Source: an uncultured Candidatus Rokubacteria bacterium (lineage in GTDB: Bacteria; Methylomirabilota; Methylomirabilia; Rokubacteriales; CSP1-6). From it: a stretch of DNA of 64,000 nt. Positions within the stretch are counted from its first letter, which is position 1. Each line of letters starts with the position of its first letter. This document shows, one piece after another, positions 27,734-38,484 of this stretch. The position numbers were made by a program, and so were the translations under genes. Location of the stretch: the NCBI GenBank assembly GCA_963789955.1, contig CAWBMV010000006.1, positions 1-64,000 on the forward strand, read 5' to 3'. The notes under the pieces were generated by a model, which made no database searches, had not been told where the DNA came from, and saw only the letters and a program-made list of their open reading frames with translations.

Positions 27734-30077
27734 ATGTCCTACGTCGGCGCGGCGCTGAGTCCGCGCGAGACGAAGAAGCTGGTCCTCGGGCGCGGCAGCT
27801 ACATCGGCGACCTCACGATGCCGGGGCTGCTGCACGCCGCCTTCGTGCGCAGCCCACACGCGCACGCGCGGATCCGTCGGGTCGACGTCGACGCCGCGCG
27901 CGGGCAGCCCGGCATCGTCGCCGTGCTGACCGGTCACGATCTCGCTCGCGTGACGGCGCCGCTCCGGATCGCGCCCGCCGATCGAGGGGCTGTTGCCGAT
28001 GGAGATGTCGACCCTGCCGACTGGACAAGGTCCGCTTCGTCGGTGACCCCGTCGCCTGCGTGATCGGCGAGGAGCGCGATCAGGTCGAGGACGCCTGCGC
28101 GCTCGTCGACGTCGCGTACGAGCCGCTCCCGGCCGTGGTCGATCCCGAACGGGCTCAGGATCCTGGTCTGCCGCTGGTCGACGAGACGATTCCATGCCAA
28201 TCGCGCGTACGCGGGTGTCTTCGCCAGCGGTGACGTCGCGGCGGCCCTCGGCGCTGCGGACCGGGTGGTCGCGGTGCGCTTCCATCAGGGCCGCCAGACG
28301 CACGTGCCGCTCGAGCCGCGCGGCTGTCTGGCGAGCTGGCTGCCCGGCGACGAGACGCTCACGTTCTGGCACTCGACCCAGATCCCGCATCCGATGCGCT
28401 CGGCGCTGGCCGCGCGGCTCGGGATTCCCGGAGAGCGCGGTCCGGGTGATCACGCCGGACGTGGGCGGCGGCTTCGGTCAGAAGATCCCGCTCTACCGCG
28501 AGGAGCTGACCACGGCCGCGGCCTCGCGGCTGCTGGGTCGCCCGGTCCGTTGGATCGAGACCCGGCGCGAGAACCTTCTCGCCGCGCTCCATGCCCGCGA
28601 GGACATCGTCGACGTCCGGGCCGCGGTGAAGTCGGACGGCACCATCCTCGGACTGGACGTCCAGATCCTCACCGACTTCGGCGCCTACGCGTACTTCCCG
28701 GCGAACTACATGGCGCGCGTCGTCGGCATGATGGTTCCCGGCGCGTACCGGCTGCGCGACTACCGCTACGCGATCACGGCCGTGCTGACGAACAAGTGCC
28801 CGGCCGGCCCGTATCGCGCGCCGATGCTGATCTGCAGCTGGGTGACCGAGGGGACGATCGACGCGATCGCTCGAGCCCTCGAGCTGGACCCGATCGAGGT
28901 GCGGCGCCGCAACATGCTCGTCGGACTCGGACCTGCCGTACACGACGGCGACCGCGCATGGTCTACCGCTCGGTCTATCCGCGCGACACGCTCGAGCGCG
29001 CGCTCGCGAGCGTTCGACTACGCGGGCCGGCGTCGCGAGCAGGCGAGCGGCGCGCGCGGCCGGACGGATCGCGGGGATCGGCGTGGCCACCTACGTCGAG
29101 CCGAACACCTACGGCTCAGAGTTCTACAAGACGGCCGGCATCCCCGGGTCCGGGCACGACGCGGCAATCGTCCGGATCGAGCCCAGCGGCGCCGTCGCGG
29201 CCCAGATCGGTATCGTCAGTCAGGGCCAGACGCACCTGACGACGGTCGCCCAGGCGCTGGCCGACGAGCTGACCGTGCCGATCGAGAGGATTCGGGTCCA
29301 GTCCGGTGACACGGCCGCCGCGCCGTACGGCATGGGCACGCGCGGCGCCGCGGCGGCGTGGTGAGCGTCGGCGCGGCACTCGGAGCGGCGCGCGTCCTGA
29401 AGCAGAAGCTGTTGCGGATCGCGGCGCATCTCCTGGAGGCGCCGCTCGAAGACCTGGAGCTGGTCGACGGGGCGATTCGGGTTCGGGGCGCGCCGGCGTC
29501 GGGCATGAGCGTCGCCCAGCTCGCCCAGAAGGCGTACTTCGCGCCGACGGAGCTGCCGGCGGGGATGGAGCCGGGGCTCGAGGCGACGCACGCGTTCGAT
29601 CCGCCGCCGCTGACGTTCTCGAGCGGGACCCATATCTGCCAGATCGAGATCGACTCCGAGACGGGCGACGTGACGATCACGCGCTACACGATCGTCGAGG
29701 ACTGCGGTCGCATGCTGAACCCGCGCATCGTCGAGGGGCAGCTTCACGGCGCGACGGCGCAGGGCCTCGGCGGGGCGCTTCTGGAGGAGGTCGTCTACGA
29801 CGCCGCCGGACAGAACCACAGCGCGACCTTGCTCGACTACGCGATCCCGACGGCGGCACTGATGCCATCGTTCGAGGTCGAGCATCTCGAGCGACTCGAC
29901 CCGAGCACCCCGCTGGGCATGAAGGGGATGGCCGAGGGCGGCGTGATGGGCGCCTCGGCGGCGATCTCGAACGCCGTCGCGGACGCGCTGGCGCCGCTCG
30001 GCGTCGCGGCCGGCCGCCAGCCGTTCACCGCGCGGCGGCTCGCGGAGGCCCTTCGGGCCGCGAGGCGAGGCACGTGA
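27734..30077 (+). CDS. Xanthine dehydrogenase family molybdopterin-binding subunit (CoxL/CutL-like; several frameshifts)
   Basis: RSPHAHA, PLEPRG, DVGGGFGQK, SQGQTH, VEDCGRMLNPRIVEGQLHG, GMKGMAEGG. Confidence 0.85.
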
Positions 30078-31499
30078 ACGCGACCGACCTCTGCTTCACG
30101 TCTGCCGTCGAGCTGGCGGAGCTGATCCGTCGCCGGGCGTTTTCGCCCGTCGAGGTCACCGGTGCCGTGCTGGAGCGGATCGACCGGCTGAACCCAGCGG
30201 CTGGGAGCCTACGTCGTGGTCCACGCCGAGCGAGCGCTCGACGAAGCGCGCGCCGCCGAGCGGGCGGTGATGGCCGGCGAACCGCTCGGCCCGCTTCACG
30301 GCGTGCCCGTCTCGATCAAAGACAATCTCTGGACGGCCGGAGAGCGCACGACGTACGGCTCGCGCCTGCAGGCAGAGTTCGTCGCACCCCAGGACGCCCC
30401 GAGCGTGGCGCGGCTGCGCGCCGCCGGGGCGATCTTCGTCGGCCGCACGAACCTGCCTGAGTTCGCGTGGCGCGGCTCGACCGACAACCGGTTGTTCGGC
30501 GAGTCGCGCAATCCCTGGGATCTCACGCGCACGCCCGGTGGATCGACCGGCGGCGGCGCGGCCGCCGTCGCGGCGGGGTTGGGGCCACTGGCGCTCGGCT
30601 CGGACGGCGCCGGCTCGATCCGCATCCCCGCGAGCTTCTGCGGCCTCGTCGGCCTCAAGCCGACTTTCGGGCGCGTGCCGATGTACCCGGCCGCCGGCGG
30701 CAACGAGCTGGTCGCCCACGTGTGTCCGCTCGCGCGCACCGTGTCCGACGTGGCCTTGATGATGAACGCGATCGCCCGTCACGATCGCCGCGATGCGTTC
30801 GCGCTCCCCGACGACGGAGTGGACTACCTGGCGACGTGTAGACGAGCCACTCGCCGGCACGCGCGCTGGTGAGCGGGTTCGGATCGCCTGGTCGGGAGAT
30901 CTCGGCTTCGCTCCGGTCGAACCGGAGACGCGCGAGATTGCCGAGACCGCCGCTCGCGCCTTCTCGGAGATCGGCCTCGCGGTCGAGGAGACCAGCCCTG
31001 AGCTCGGCGATCCGAGCGCGATTCTGCAGAACGCTCTACGGCGGCGCTCAGGCCGGAGCGCCACGCCGCTCGCTCCGCGGAGCAGAAGGCGCAGATGGAT
31101 CCGGAGCTGGTCGCGTACGCGGAAGCGTCGGCCGGCCTGAGCGTGGTGGAGTATCTGCGCGCGGTGGCGGCGCGCCAGGCGATGGTGGACGCGCTCAGAC
31201 GATTCTTCGAGCGCTACGACCTGTTGCTCACCCCCACGCTGTGCCTGCCGGCCTTCCCGCTCGGCGTCGTCGGGCCCAGCGAGGTGGCCGGCCGCAAGGT
31301 GACCCACCTCGGCTGGACACTCTGCTACCCGTTCAACTACAGCGGCCAGCCGGCCGTCTCCGTCCCGGCCGGATGGACGGGAAGCGGTCTGCCCGTCGGG
31401 TTGCAGATCGTCGGGCGACGGCTGGAGGACTCGCTGGTGCTGCGCGCCGCGGCAACATTCGAGGCGCTTCGCCCGTGGGCGGCCCGGCGGCCGGCTTGA
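30074..31499 (+). CDS. Amidase (amidase signature family; frameshifted)
   Basis: GVPVSIKD, TPGGSTGG, GSDGAGSIRIPASFCG, GLPVGLQIVG. Confidence 0.88.
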
Positions 31500-31503
31500 A
31501 CCT

Positions 31504-34500
31504 TTACCCCGACCTCGGCAGCGTGCGCCCGAGCGTCCGAAACACATCGGCCACAGGCTCGGCGCCCAAAAAGCTCCGCCGCAGCTGCGGGGTGACGAGC
31601 TTCGTCGCGATCGACTCGATCGTTTGCGCGGCCGCGGTGAGCTGAGCCTCGGCCTCCCGATCCCGGCCGAGCCTGGTGAGCACCTGGCCGAGAGCTGCTT
31701 GCCCGATCCAGGATTCGCGCGCCGTCCCGAGCATGCGCGCCTGATCCAGCGAGGCCGTCATGGCTCGCGCGGCGTCCTCTAGCCGTCCCTGCGCCGCCAG
31801 GATCGCACCTTGTAGTCTCATGGCACGCGACGCGTGCTTGCGCTGGCGGCATTGGGTCGCGGCCTCGAGCGCACGCGAGGCCCAGCTCCAAGCTTCCTCG
31901 TACTTGTCCTCGGCGAGCGACAGTTCGCCGCGTGACCTCCAGAGCGAGCTCTCCCACGTCCAACGGCCCCAGTTGTCGAGCTCACGAAGCGATTCCGCCT
32001 CGCGAAACGCCCGTTCCGCACTCCCGTGGTTGCCACGGTACAGCTGCGCGAGACCGAGCTTCCAGAGCGAGTGACCGCGCGGCTCGGGCCATGGCCAGAG
32101 TCGCCGGCTCGTCTCGTCGCCCTCGGTGTTGAGTCGGATGGCTTCGTCGAGATCGTACGTCTCGAGCGACACGCCGCCGAACAGGTTCGGCATGCGCGCC
32201 AGGTAGAGCTTGTCGCCGGCAGCCTCTGCGTATTCGCGCAAACTCCGGTAGTGCTCCAGCGTGCCCTCGTAGTCGCCACGGGCCAGAGCGGCGTGGCCAA
32301 GGTGATAGAGCGCGAGGCCCACCAGATAGCCAGAATGCTCGCGGCGCGCCAGCTCGAGCCCCTCGCGGAGATGCGCGACCGCCACGTCGTATTCGCCGTG
32401 CCACTCGAGCTGCCGGCCGGCGAACGTGAGGCACTGCGCCAGGAGGCGGGAATCGCTCACCTCACGGGCGAGACGCACCGCTTCGGACGCGTCGCGCATC
32501 GCCTCGACGACGGGCCCATATACGCCGCCTCTGGCCTCGCCGCGGAGGGCGTGGCAACCCGCCTGGCCCGCCGTGTCGCCAATCTCGGTTGCGATCGCGA
32601 GGGCGCCGTTCACGGTTGCGAGGACCTCGCCGATCTTGTGGCCCCAGTTGTAGACGTTGGCCAAGCCGAGCAAGGTCGCCACTTCCTGCTTCCGGTCGCC
32701 CAGCTGGCGGATCAGCACGAGGGCTCGCTCGAACTCGGCCACCGCGGCGTCGAACTCCGCCAGAATGTAGAGGATGCCCCCGAGCTTTTCGTGGACGCTC
32801 GCCAGCTCCCGGTCGCCCGCCGCCGGCCGCGCGCGAGCGGCAACCTCTAGCGCCCGGGCGTAGTGCTTGCGTGCCTCCGCGCTCGCGAACGAGTGGGCGG
32901 CGCGGTCACCGGCGAGGACGCTGTAGCGAAACGCTTCGTCCCATTGCTCGCCCTCGACGAAGTGGTGCGCCAGCTCCTCGTAGTGCTCGGCGAGGCGATC
33001 GGGATAGAGTTCCTCGATCGCGCGGCCGACTGCTCGGTGGAGCTCCTTCCGGCGCTGCGACGAGCAGGCTCTGGTAGGCCACGTCCTGGATCACCGCGTG
33101 CTTGAAGATGTAGGCCGGCTCGGGCAAGAGCCCCTGCTCGTAGATGATCTCGAGCGCCTTTAGCTCCTGGAGAAATCCCTCGAGCTCGCCGGTGAGTCCG
33201 GCGATGCGCTCCAGCAGGCGTCGCAGGAACTGACGGCCGATCACCGAGGCGAGCTGCACGGTGCGCTTGCCGTCCTCGCCGAGCCGGTCGAGGCGCGCCA
33301 TGATGATGTCGTGGATCGTGTCCGGGCACGCTCGACCTCGCCGATCGCCCTCACGATGCGAAAGCCGCCGTTCTCGCGCTCGAGGATGCCGAGGTCGAGA
33401 AGCGTCTTGGCCACTTCCTCGACGAAGAGCGGGACACCCTCGGCCTTGTCCAGGAGCGCCGCTCGTCAGCATCGCGCCGGAAACTGCTCGCGCCGAGCAT
33501 CCGGCCGGCCATGGCCAGGGCTTCCGCCTCCGACAGCGGACTGGAGCGTGAGCGTCGTGTGGAAGCTGCGCGTGCCGAAGGGCGGCGTGTAGCCCACCCG
33601 GTGGGTGAGCGACGATGCATGATCGGCGCGTCGCGCCACCGAGTCGATGAGCGAGGCGAGGTACTCCTCCGTGCTGCGTGTCGATCCAGTGGAGGTCCTC
33701 GAACACGAACACGAGCGGGCGGAGTGCCGCGCCGCGCAGCGGACATCGCGAGCACCGCGTCGAAGATGCGCTTGCGGCGTGTGCGCGGCATCCATCGCGA
33801 CGACCGCGGGATCGCCCGGGATCGACGGAGAGCAGGTAGCGCACGAACGGGACATGGGCGTTCGAGCTCGCCGATGCCGGCGCATCCCGTGCTCGACCTT
33901 GGCGATGATCTCGGGCTCACCGTCGAACTCGTCGATGCGGAAGTTCTCGCGAAGCTGATCGACGAGCGGGCAGGAACGGGATCGACTGACCGAACGAGAT
34001 GCAGCGGCCCTCGAGCCACGTCGCGGCCTCGCGCGTCGCCGCGAGCCGCCGTTGGAACTCGAGCAGGAGCCGAGACTTGCCGATGCCTGCCTCGCCGGCG
34101 ACGAACACGACCTGCCCCCGGCCCTCGCGGACCTCGATCGAACAGCTCCATGAGCGTGGCGATCTCCCGCGTCTCGCCCGACGAGGGGCGTGAGGCCGCG
34201 CTCACTCTCGACGTCCAGCCGCGCCGTGCGGCCTCGCGACCGCAGGACCTCGAACGCCTGGACCGGCACGTGACCTTTCACAGGCAGCTCGCCGAGGTCG
34301 ACCGTTTCGAAGAACCCGGCGACCAGCCGATGCGTCGAGTCGCTCAACGAGCACGCTGCCCGGTCGCGCATTCTGCTGCAGGCGCGCGGCCAGGTTGGTC
34401 GTGTCGCCGACCGCGGTGTAGTCCATGCGGAGGTCGTCGCCGATCTTGCCGACGACGACCGGACCGGTGTTGAGGCCGATTCGCATCTCGAGGCTCCGGC

Positions 34501-35040
34501 CGAGGCGTGACGCCAGCTCGCCGCTCAGGTCACGGAGCGCCGTCGCTGGATCGCGAGGGCGGCATGCACGGCGCGCCGTGGTGCGTCCTCGTGCGCGATA
34601 GGCGCGCCGAACAAGCGCCATGACGCCGTCACCCGTGTACTGGTTGATCGTTCCCTCGAACCGGTGCACCTCGGCCGTGATCAGTTCGAAGCACCGATCG
34701 ACGATCGGCGTGGACCTCTTCCGGGTCGTGCTGCTCGGCCAGCGCGCGTGAATCCCGCGAGGTCGGCGAAGAGCACCGTCACCTGCCGCCGCTCGCCCTC
34801 GAGGGCGGACCGCGTCTTGAGGATCTTCTCCGCGAGGTGCTTGGGTGTGTATCCGACCTGGGCGCGATCCGACGGCGCCGGCGCGCCAGACAACAGCTGA
34901 TGGCCGCACTCATTACAGAAGCGGCTACCGGGAAGGTTTGAATGCTGGCAGGCAGGGCAGATCGCGTCCAGCCGTATGCCGCATCCGCGACAGAACTTAG
35001 CGCCCGACGGGTTCTCGATCCGGCAACCCGGGCAGTTCAT
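31504..35040 (-). CDS. Double zinc ribbon - adenylate/guanylate cyclase - STAND (AAA_16) NTPase - TPR protein (many frameshifts)
   Basis: Four CxxC motifs, VTVLFADLAGFT, YTGDGVMAL, GDTTNLAARLQ, Walker A GEAGIGKS, Walker B VFVFEDLHW, YIFKHA, helical repeats. Confidence 0.85.
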
Positions 35041-35109
35041 CGTCGTGATGATACCTCAGTCGAGCGACGCGTCAGGGACAGGCGCGCGGTGGAGCGCGCG
35101 TTGCTTCGT

Positions 35110-35559
35110 TCAACGCTGTTCGAGCGCTTCGCAGGACTCCGTTCGTTGATCGAGCTGCACCTGACTCAGTGGCGCCTTCGGCGTGAACCGCAGAACGATG
35201 AGATCGCCAAGGGGAGAAACAGTCCCTTCGCGAACTCGCCGCGTTCGTGCATGACGCCGCCCGACCGGCCCCTGAACAGGCGCCGCGCGCCGGTCAGCGA
35301 CTCGACGGTCCACGATGACTTCCACACGAGCCGTGTCCGCGAATGACCATCTCAGACGCTCGTAGAGCGCCGCGTGGCCTCGGCTCACGACGATGAGCAC
35401 CTCGGCATCCGGAAAGGATCGGGAGGGCAAGGACTCGAGGAGCTGGGCCTTGTGGTGCGCGCAGACACCGTGCGTCGGCAGCGGGTTTTCGAGGGGTTCT
35501 TTCTCACCCAGGTAGCCGGGCTGGCCTTCGCGGCAGCACCACGCGCACAGGATCTTCAT
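35110..35559 (-). CDS. CAWC zinc-finger + 'VEVIVDRR..DRR' domain hypothetical protein
   Basis: MKILCAWCC...THGVCAHH, followed by LIVVSRGHAALYERL...VEVIVDRRVADRR. Confidence 0.65.
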   Translation of the reverse strand: MKILCAWCCREGQPGYLGEKEPLENPLPTHGVCAHHKAQLLESLPSRSFPDAEVLIVVSRGHAALYERLRWSFADTARVEVIVDRRVADRRAAPVQGPVGRRHARTRRVREGTVSPLGDLIVLRFTPKAPLSQVQLDQRTESCEALEQR

Positions 35560-35575
35560 CTCGGACACACCAGAT

Positions 35576-35591
35576 TGCGAACGCAATGCCA
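35576..35591 (-). promoter_or_regulatory. sigma54 promoter
   Basis: TGGCATTGCGTTCGCA (GG-N10-GC). The 17-nt spacing to the ATG is identical to the 19.7-kb copy. Confidence 0.65.
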
Positions 35592-35686
35592 CTGGATTCG
35601 GGCTCCGCTAAGAACCGGAAAAGCCGCGTTTCGCGATCTTTTGTGCCGCCGGGCTGAGCCGCCGGGGCGAGCCTTGAGGCGCCGAT

Positions 35687-35703
35687 TCGGGCGAGACGCC
35701 CGA
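35687..35703. promoter_or_regulatory. Perfect 7-3-7 dyad, putative enhancer
   Basis: TCGGGCG-AGA-CGCCCGA. Confidence 0.5.
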
Positions 35704-35852
35704 TTTCCGCGCACTTGTGCCCGGCAGGCGACGGATGCTCAGTGAGCGTGATTCCCAGGCAGGCGATGTGCGGTACGCTGGGACGACCCCTGGATGGGGG
35801 AGGCGTAGTCGCCGGTCTCGCGGCCGGCGTACCGCGATGAGGGAATGATGCG

Positions 35853-36188
35853 ATGAGCTGGCAGCGACCGTACCGTGAGCTCAATCCGGGAATCGAAGAG
35901 CTGGTCGTCAGAGTGCTGGAAGAAGGTAAGGGCGCGGCGCACAAACCCGAGTGGCAAACGCTCGGAAACGTCACGCAGCTCGACTGCCACAATCCGCGTT
36001 GTCAGCGTGGCGGGGTCGACCTTCAGCACACCCTGCGTGAAATGGTCGCCACCCGGCGCGCGGAGCTGGAGAACGTCAAGATGTGCCGCGGCACCGAAGG
36101 GGGCGGGCCCAGTGTCGCGCCACGCCACTGTCTGAATCGCTTCGCGTTCCGCATCTCGCTTGCCTACAAGGTGGACGGCACGCAGTGA
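35853..36188 (+). CDS. Hypothetical protein with four Cys (CHNPRC...C...C)
   Basis: 111-aa ORF whose stop overlaps the GTG of the next gene. Confidence 0.55.
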   Translation: MSWQRPYRELNPGIEELVVRVLEEGKGAAHKPEWQTLGNVTQLDCHNPRCQRGGVDLQHTLREMVATRRAELENVKMCRGTEGGGPSVAPRHCLNRFAFRISLAYKVDGTQ

Positions 36189-37315
36189 CGCCGCGGGTCA
36201 TAGACGCCGACGGCCACGTCCTCGAGCCGGCGGATACGTGGCTCAAGTACCTCGACCCGCACTACCGTGACCGCGCCATCCGCATCGCCCGGGACGATCA
36301 AGGATTCGAGGTCCTGCTGATCGACGGCCAGCCGCTGAAGACCCTCCGCGGCCAGCTCGGCGCCCTGGGCGGCATCGACATGGACACCGCCAAGCTCCTG
36401 ACCCGAGGCCAGATCAGCTATGCGGAAGGGAGCCCGCCCGGCTCCTACGATCCCGCCGCTCGGCTACGCGTGATGGACGGCGAAGGCATCGACGGCGTCC
36501 TTCTCTACCCGACCATCGGGATCTGCTGGGAGGGCCACGTCACCGACGGCGCCCTCGCGACTGCCTACACGCGCGCCTACAACCGCTGGCTGGCCGAGTT
36601 CTGTCGTGCCGAACCCACGCGCCTCTATCCGGTGGCGCACATCTCGCTCCTGGATCCCGAAGGCGCGGTCGAGGAGACGATCCGCGCGCGCAAGGACGGC
36701 TGCGTCGGAATCTACCTCTCGCCGGACCTGGCTGCGCGCGGCGGGCGGCACTTCGACGATCCGGTCTTCGCGCGCTTCTGGGAGACGGCGCAGGACCTCG
36801 AGCTGCCGGTCGGCTTCCACGTCGTCGTCCGGGATCGGCAGTGGTTCAGACAGTGGCAGCGGCGGGACCCGTCGGACGGTCTCTTCAGCATCGTCTTCCT
36901 CGCCATCGACGTCATGGCGGCGTTCACCCAGATGCTGAGCGCGGGCATGTTCGAGCGCTATCCGCGCCTGCGGTGCGTCGTGCTCGAGGCGGGCTCGAAC
37001 TGGATCGCCGCCTGGCTGGATCGTCTCGACCACAAGTACCGCGTGCTCGCTCACCAGACACCGATCCGCATGGCGCCGAGCGAGTACTTTCGCCGTCAGT
37101 GTCTGATCTCGGCGGATCCCGACGAGTCGGTCACCGCCCAGATGATCGAGCACCTGGGAGCCGACTACTTCGTCTGGGCGTCGGACTATCCGCACATCGA
37201 CGCGTCGTTCGGGGTCGTGCGCGAGTTGAAAGAGCGGCTCGCGCCGCTGCCGGAAGAGGCGCGCCGTAAAGTGCTCGGCCTGAACGCGCAGCGGTTCTAC
37301 CGGCTCGCGGGCTGA
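36185..37315 (+). CDS. Amidohydrolase family protein (Amidohydro_2)
   Basis: IDADGHVLEP, RAYNRWL, PVGFH, LEAGSNW, WASDYPHID. Confidence 0.88.
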   Translation: MTPRVIDADGHVLEPADTWLKYLDPHYRDRAIRIARDDQGFEVLLIDGQPLKTLRGQLGALGGIDMDTAKLLTRGQISYAEGSPPGSYDPAARLRVMDGEGIDGVLLYPTIGICWEGHVTDGALATAYTRAYNRWLAEFCRAEPTRLYPVAHISLLDPEGAVEETIRARKDGCVGIYLSPDLAARGGRHFDDPVFARFWETAQDLELPVGFHVVVRDRQWFRQWQRRDPSDGLFSIVFLAIDVMAAFTQMLSAGMFERYPRLRCVVLEAGSNWIAAWLDRLDHKYRVLAHQTPIRMAPSEYFRRQCLISADPDESVTAQMIEHLGADYFVWASDYPHIDASFGVVRELKERLAPLPEEARRKVLGLNAQRFYRLAG

Positions 37316-37328
37316 ACCCGCGAGCCGG
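37300..37328. terminator. 12-bp perfect hairpin at a convergent gene junction
   Basis: CCGGCTCGCGGG-CTGAA-CCCGCGAGCCGG. Confidence 0.55.
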
Positions 37329-37341
37329 CTCGAGCACTCTC

Positions 37342-38256
37342 CTAGCAGAAGTCCTTCGCGATCTTCGCCAGTCGCTCCGCCGCCGCCGGCCGCATCTCGC
37401 CGAGCGTCGCAACGAAGTTCGGGTGCGTCATCCCAGACCCGAGATACGTCCACCGCTGCCCCTGCAGCTGCGTCGCCACGAACGTCTCGCGCTCACTCGT
37501 GCTGAGCTTCCGGCCGGTCGCGCGCGCCAGGTTCTCGATGTCGAACTCGACCTGCTGAGCCAGAGCCCCGTCGATCATGGCGCCGATCTCGAGATATTCC
37601 TCGACGGCCCCGTCGATCGTCGGCCCGTCCATCGTGCTGCTCAATGACTCGACCAGGAGCGTGTCGAGCTTGGCGTGCTGGGACTCCTCCATCCAGTGGT
37701 GCTTGAGCAGGCTCTTGAACTGCGGGTCGAGCTTCTGGTTGTCCTGCACCGCGTCGGTCCAGTGCTTGAGCGTCATCCACTCGATCTGCAGGATCACCAG
37801 CGCCACCCCCAGCGGCTGGTGGGCGAGCACCGCTTTCGCGACCGCCTCGGGCGGCCCGATCTCTTCGCACGGCGTGCCGAAGCCCCGCTCGAACTCCTCG
37901 CGGAAGCGGCGGAACAGGTGGATGTGCTTGGCCTCCTCCGCGGCGAACCCGAGCAGCGCGCGGACGGCGTAGGAGTCGCCGTGAATCTGGGGCCGCGCGT
38001 GATCCAGCACGAAGGGCACGATGAACTCCTCGACGAGGCCGAACGTGTACAGATAGCCGATGGCGCGGATGTGGTTGAGCGCCAGCCGCTCGCGCGGGCT
38101 CAGAAACGTGAGCGGCTCGACGCGCGCGAACGACTCCGGCATGAACGGCTTCGAGAAGTCGAGCGTCTTGTCGTCGCCGATCAGGTCCTCGACGCGCCAG
38201 TGAATGCGCTCCGACGCTGCCAGGGTCGTCTGGTACGAGTAGCCGTGACTCTTCAT
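37342..38256 (-). CDS. Ferritin-like diiron protein (AurF-like oxygenase superfamily)
   Basis: AAGGAG RBS. Two E...ExxH sets: LVEEF / EEAKH and QIEW / EESQH. Confidence 0.75.
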   Translation of the reverse strand: MKSHGYSYQTTLAASERIHWRVEDLIGDDKTLDFSKPFMPESFARVEPLTFLSPRERLALNHIRAIGYLYTFGLVEEFIVPFVLDHARPQIHGDSYAVRALLGFAAEEAKHIHLFRRFREEFERGFGTPCEEIGPPEAVAKAVLAHQPLGVALVILQIEWMTLKHWTDAVQDNQKLDPQFKSLLKHHWMEESQHAKLDTLLVESLSSTMDGPTIDGAVEEYLEIGAMIDGALAQQVEFDIENLARATGRKLSTSERETFVATQLQGQRWTYLGSGMTHPNFVATLGEMRPAAAERLAKIAKDFC

Positions 38257-38331
38257 CGCCTGTCTCCTTTGGGTGCGCGTGTCGCGCCCTCGTGATCTCT
38301 CGGCTGTTGTTCCGCCGACGCGATTACAGAG

Positions 38332-38347
38332 TGCAGCCGCGATGCCA
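38332..38347 (-). promoter_or_regulatory. sigma54 promoter of the ferritin-like gene
   Basis: TGGCATCGCGGCTGCA (GG-N10-GC), divergent from a sigma54 activator gene. CGTCG/CGACG repeats at 38377-38430 are a candidate UAS. Confidence 0.7.
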
Positions 38348-38484
38348 CGACGCACGCGAGCGATCTCGATGACTTGCGTCGAACCGACGAAACCGACGAA
38401 TCGCCGGGCGGTCTCTCGACATTCGACGGTTCTCAGCGGTTCGGGCAATGTTCCCGAACCGGCGGCGCCGCGCGAGGCGGTAAG

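Noticed and set aside
27734..30077. Aerobic CO dehydrogenase (coxL)
   Set aside because: It lacks the AYxCSFR motif, and there are no coxM or coxS neighbours.
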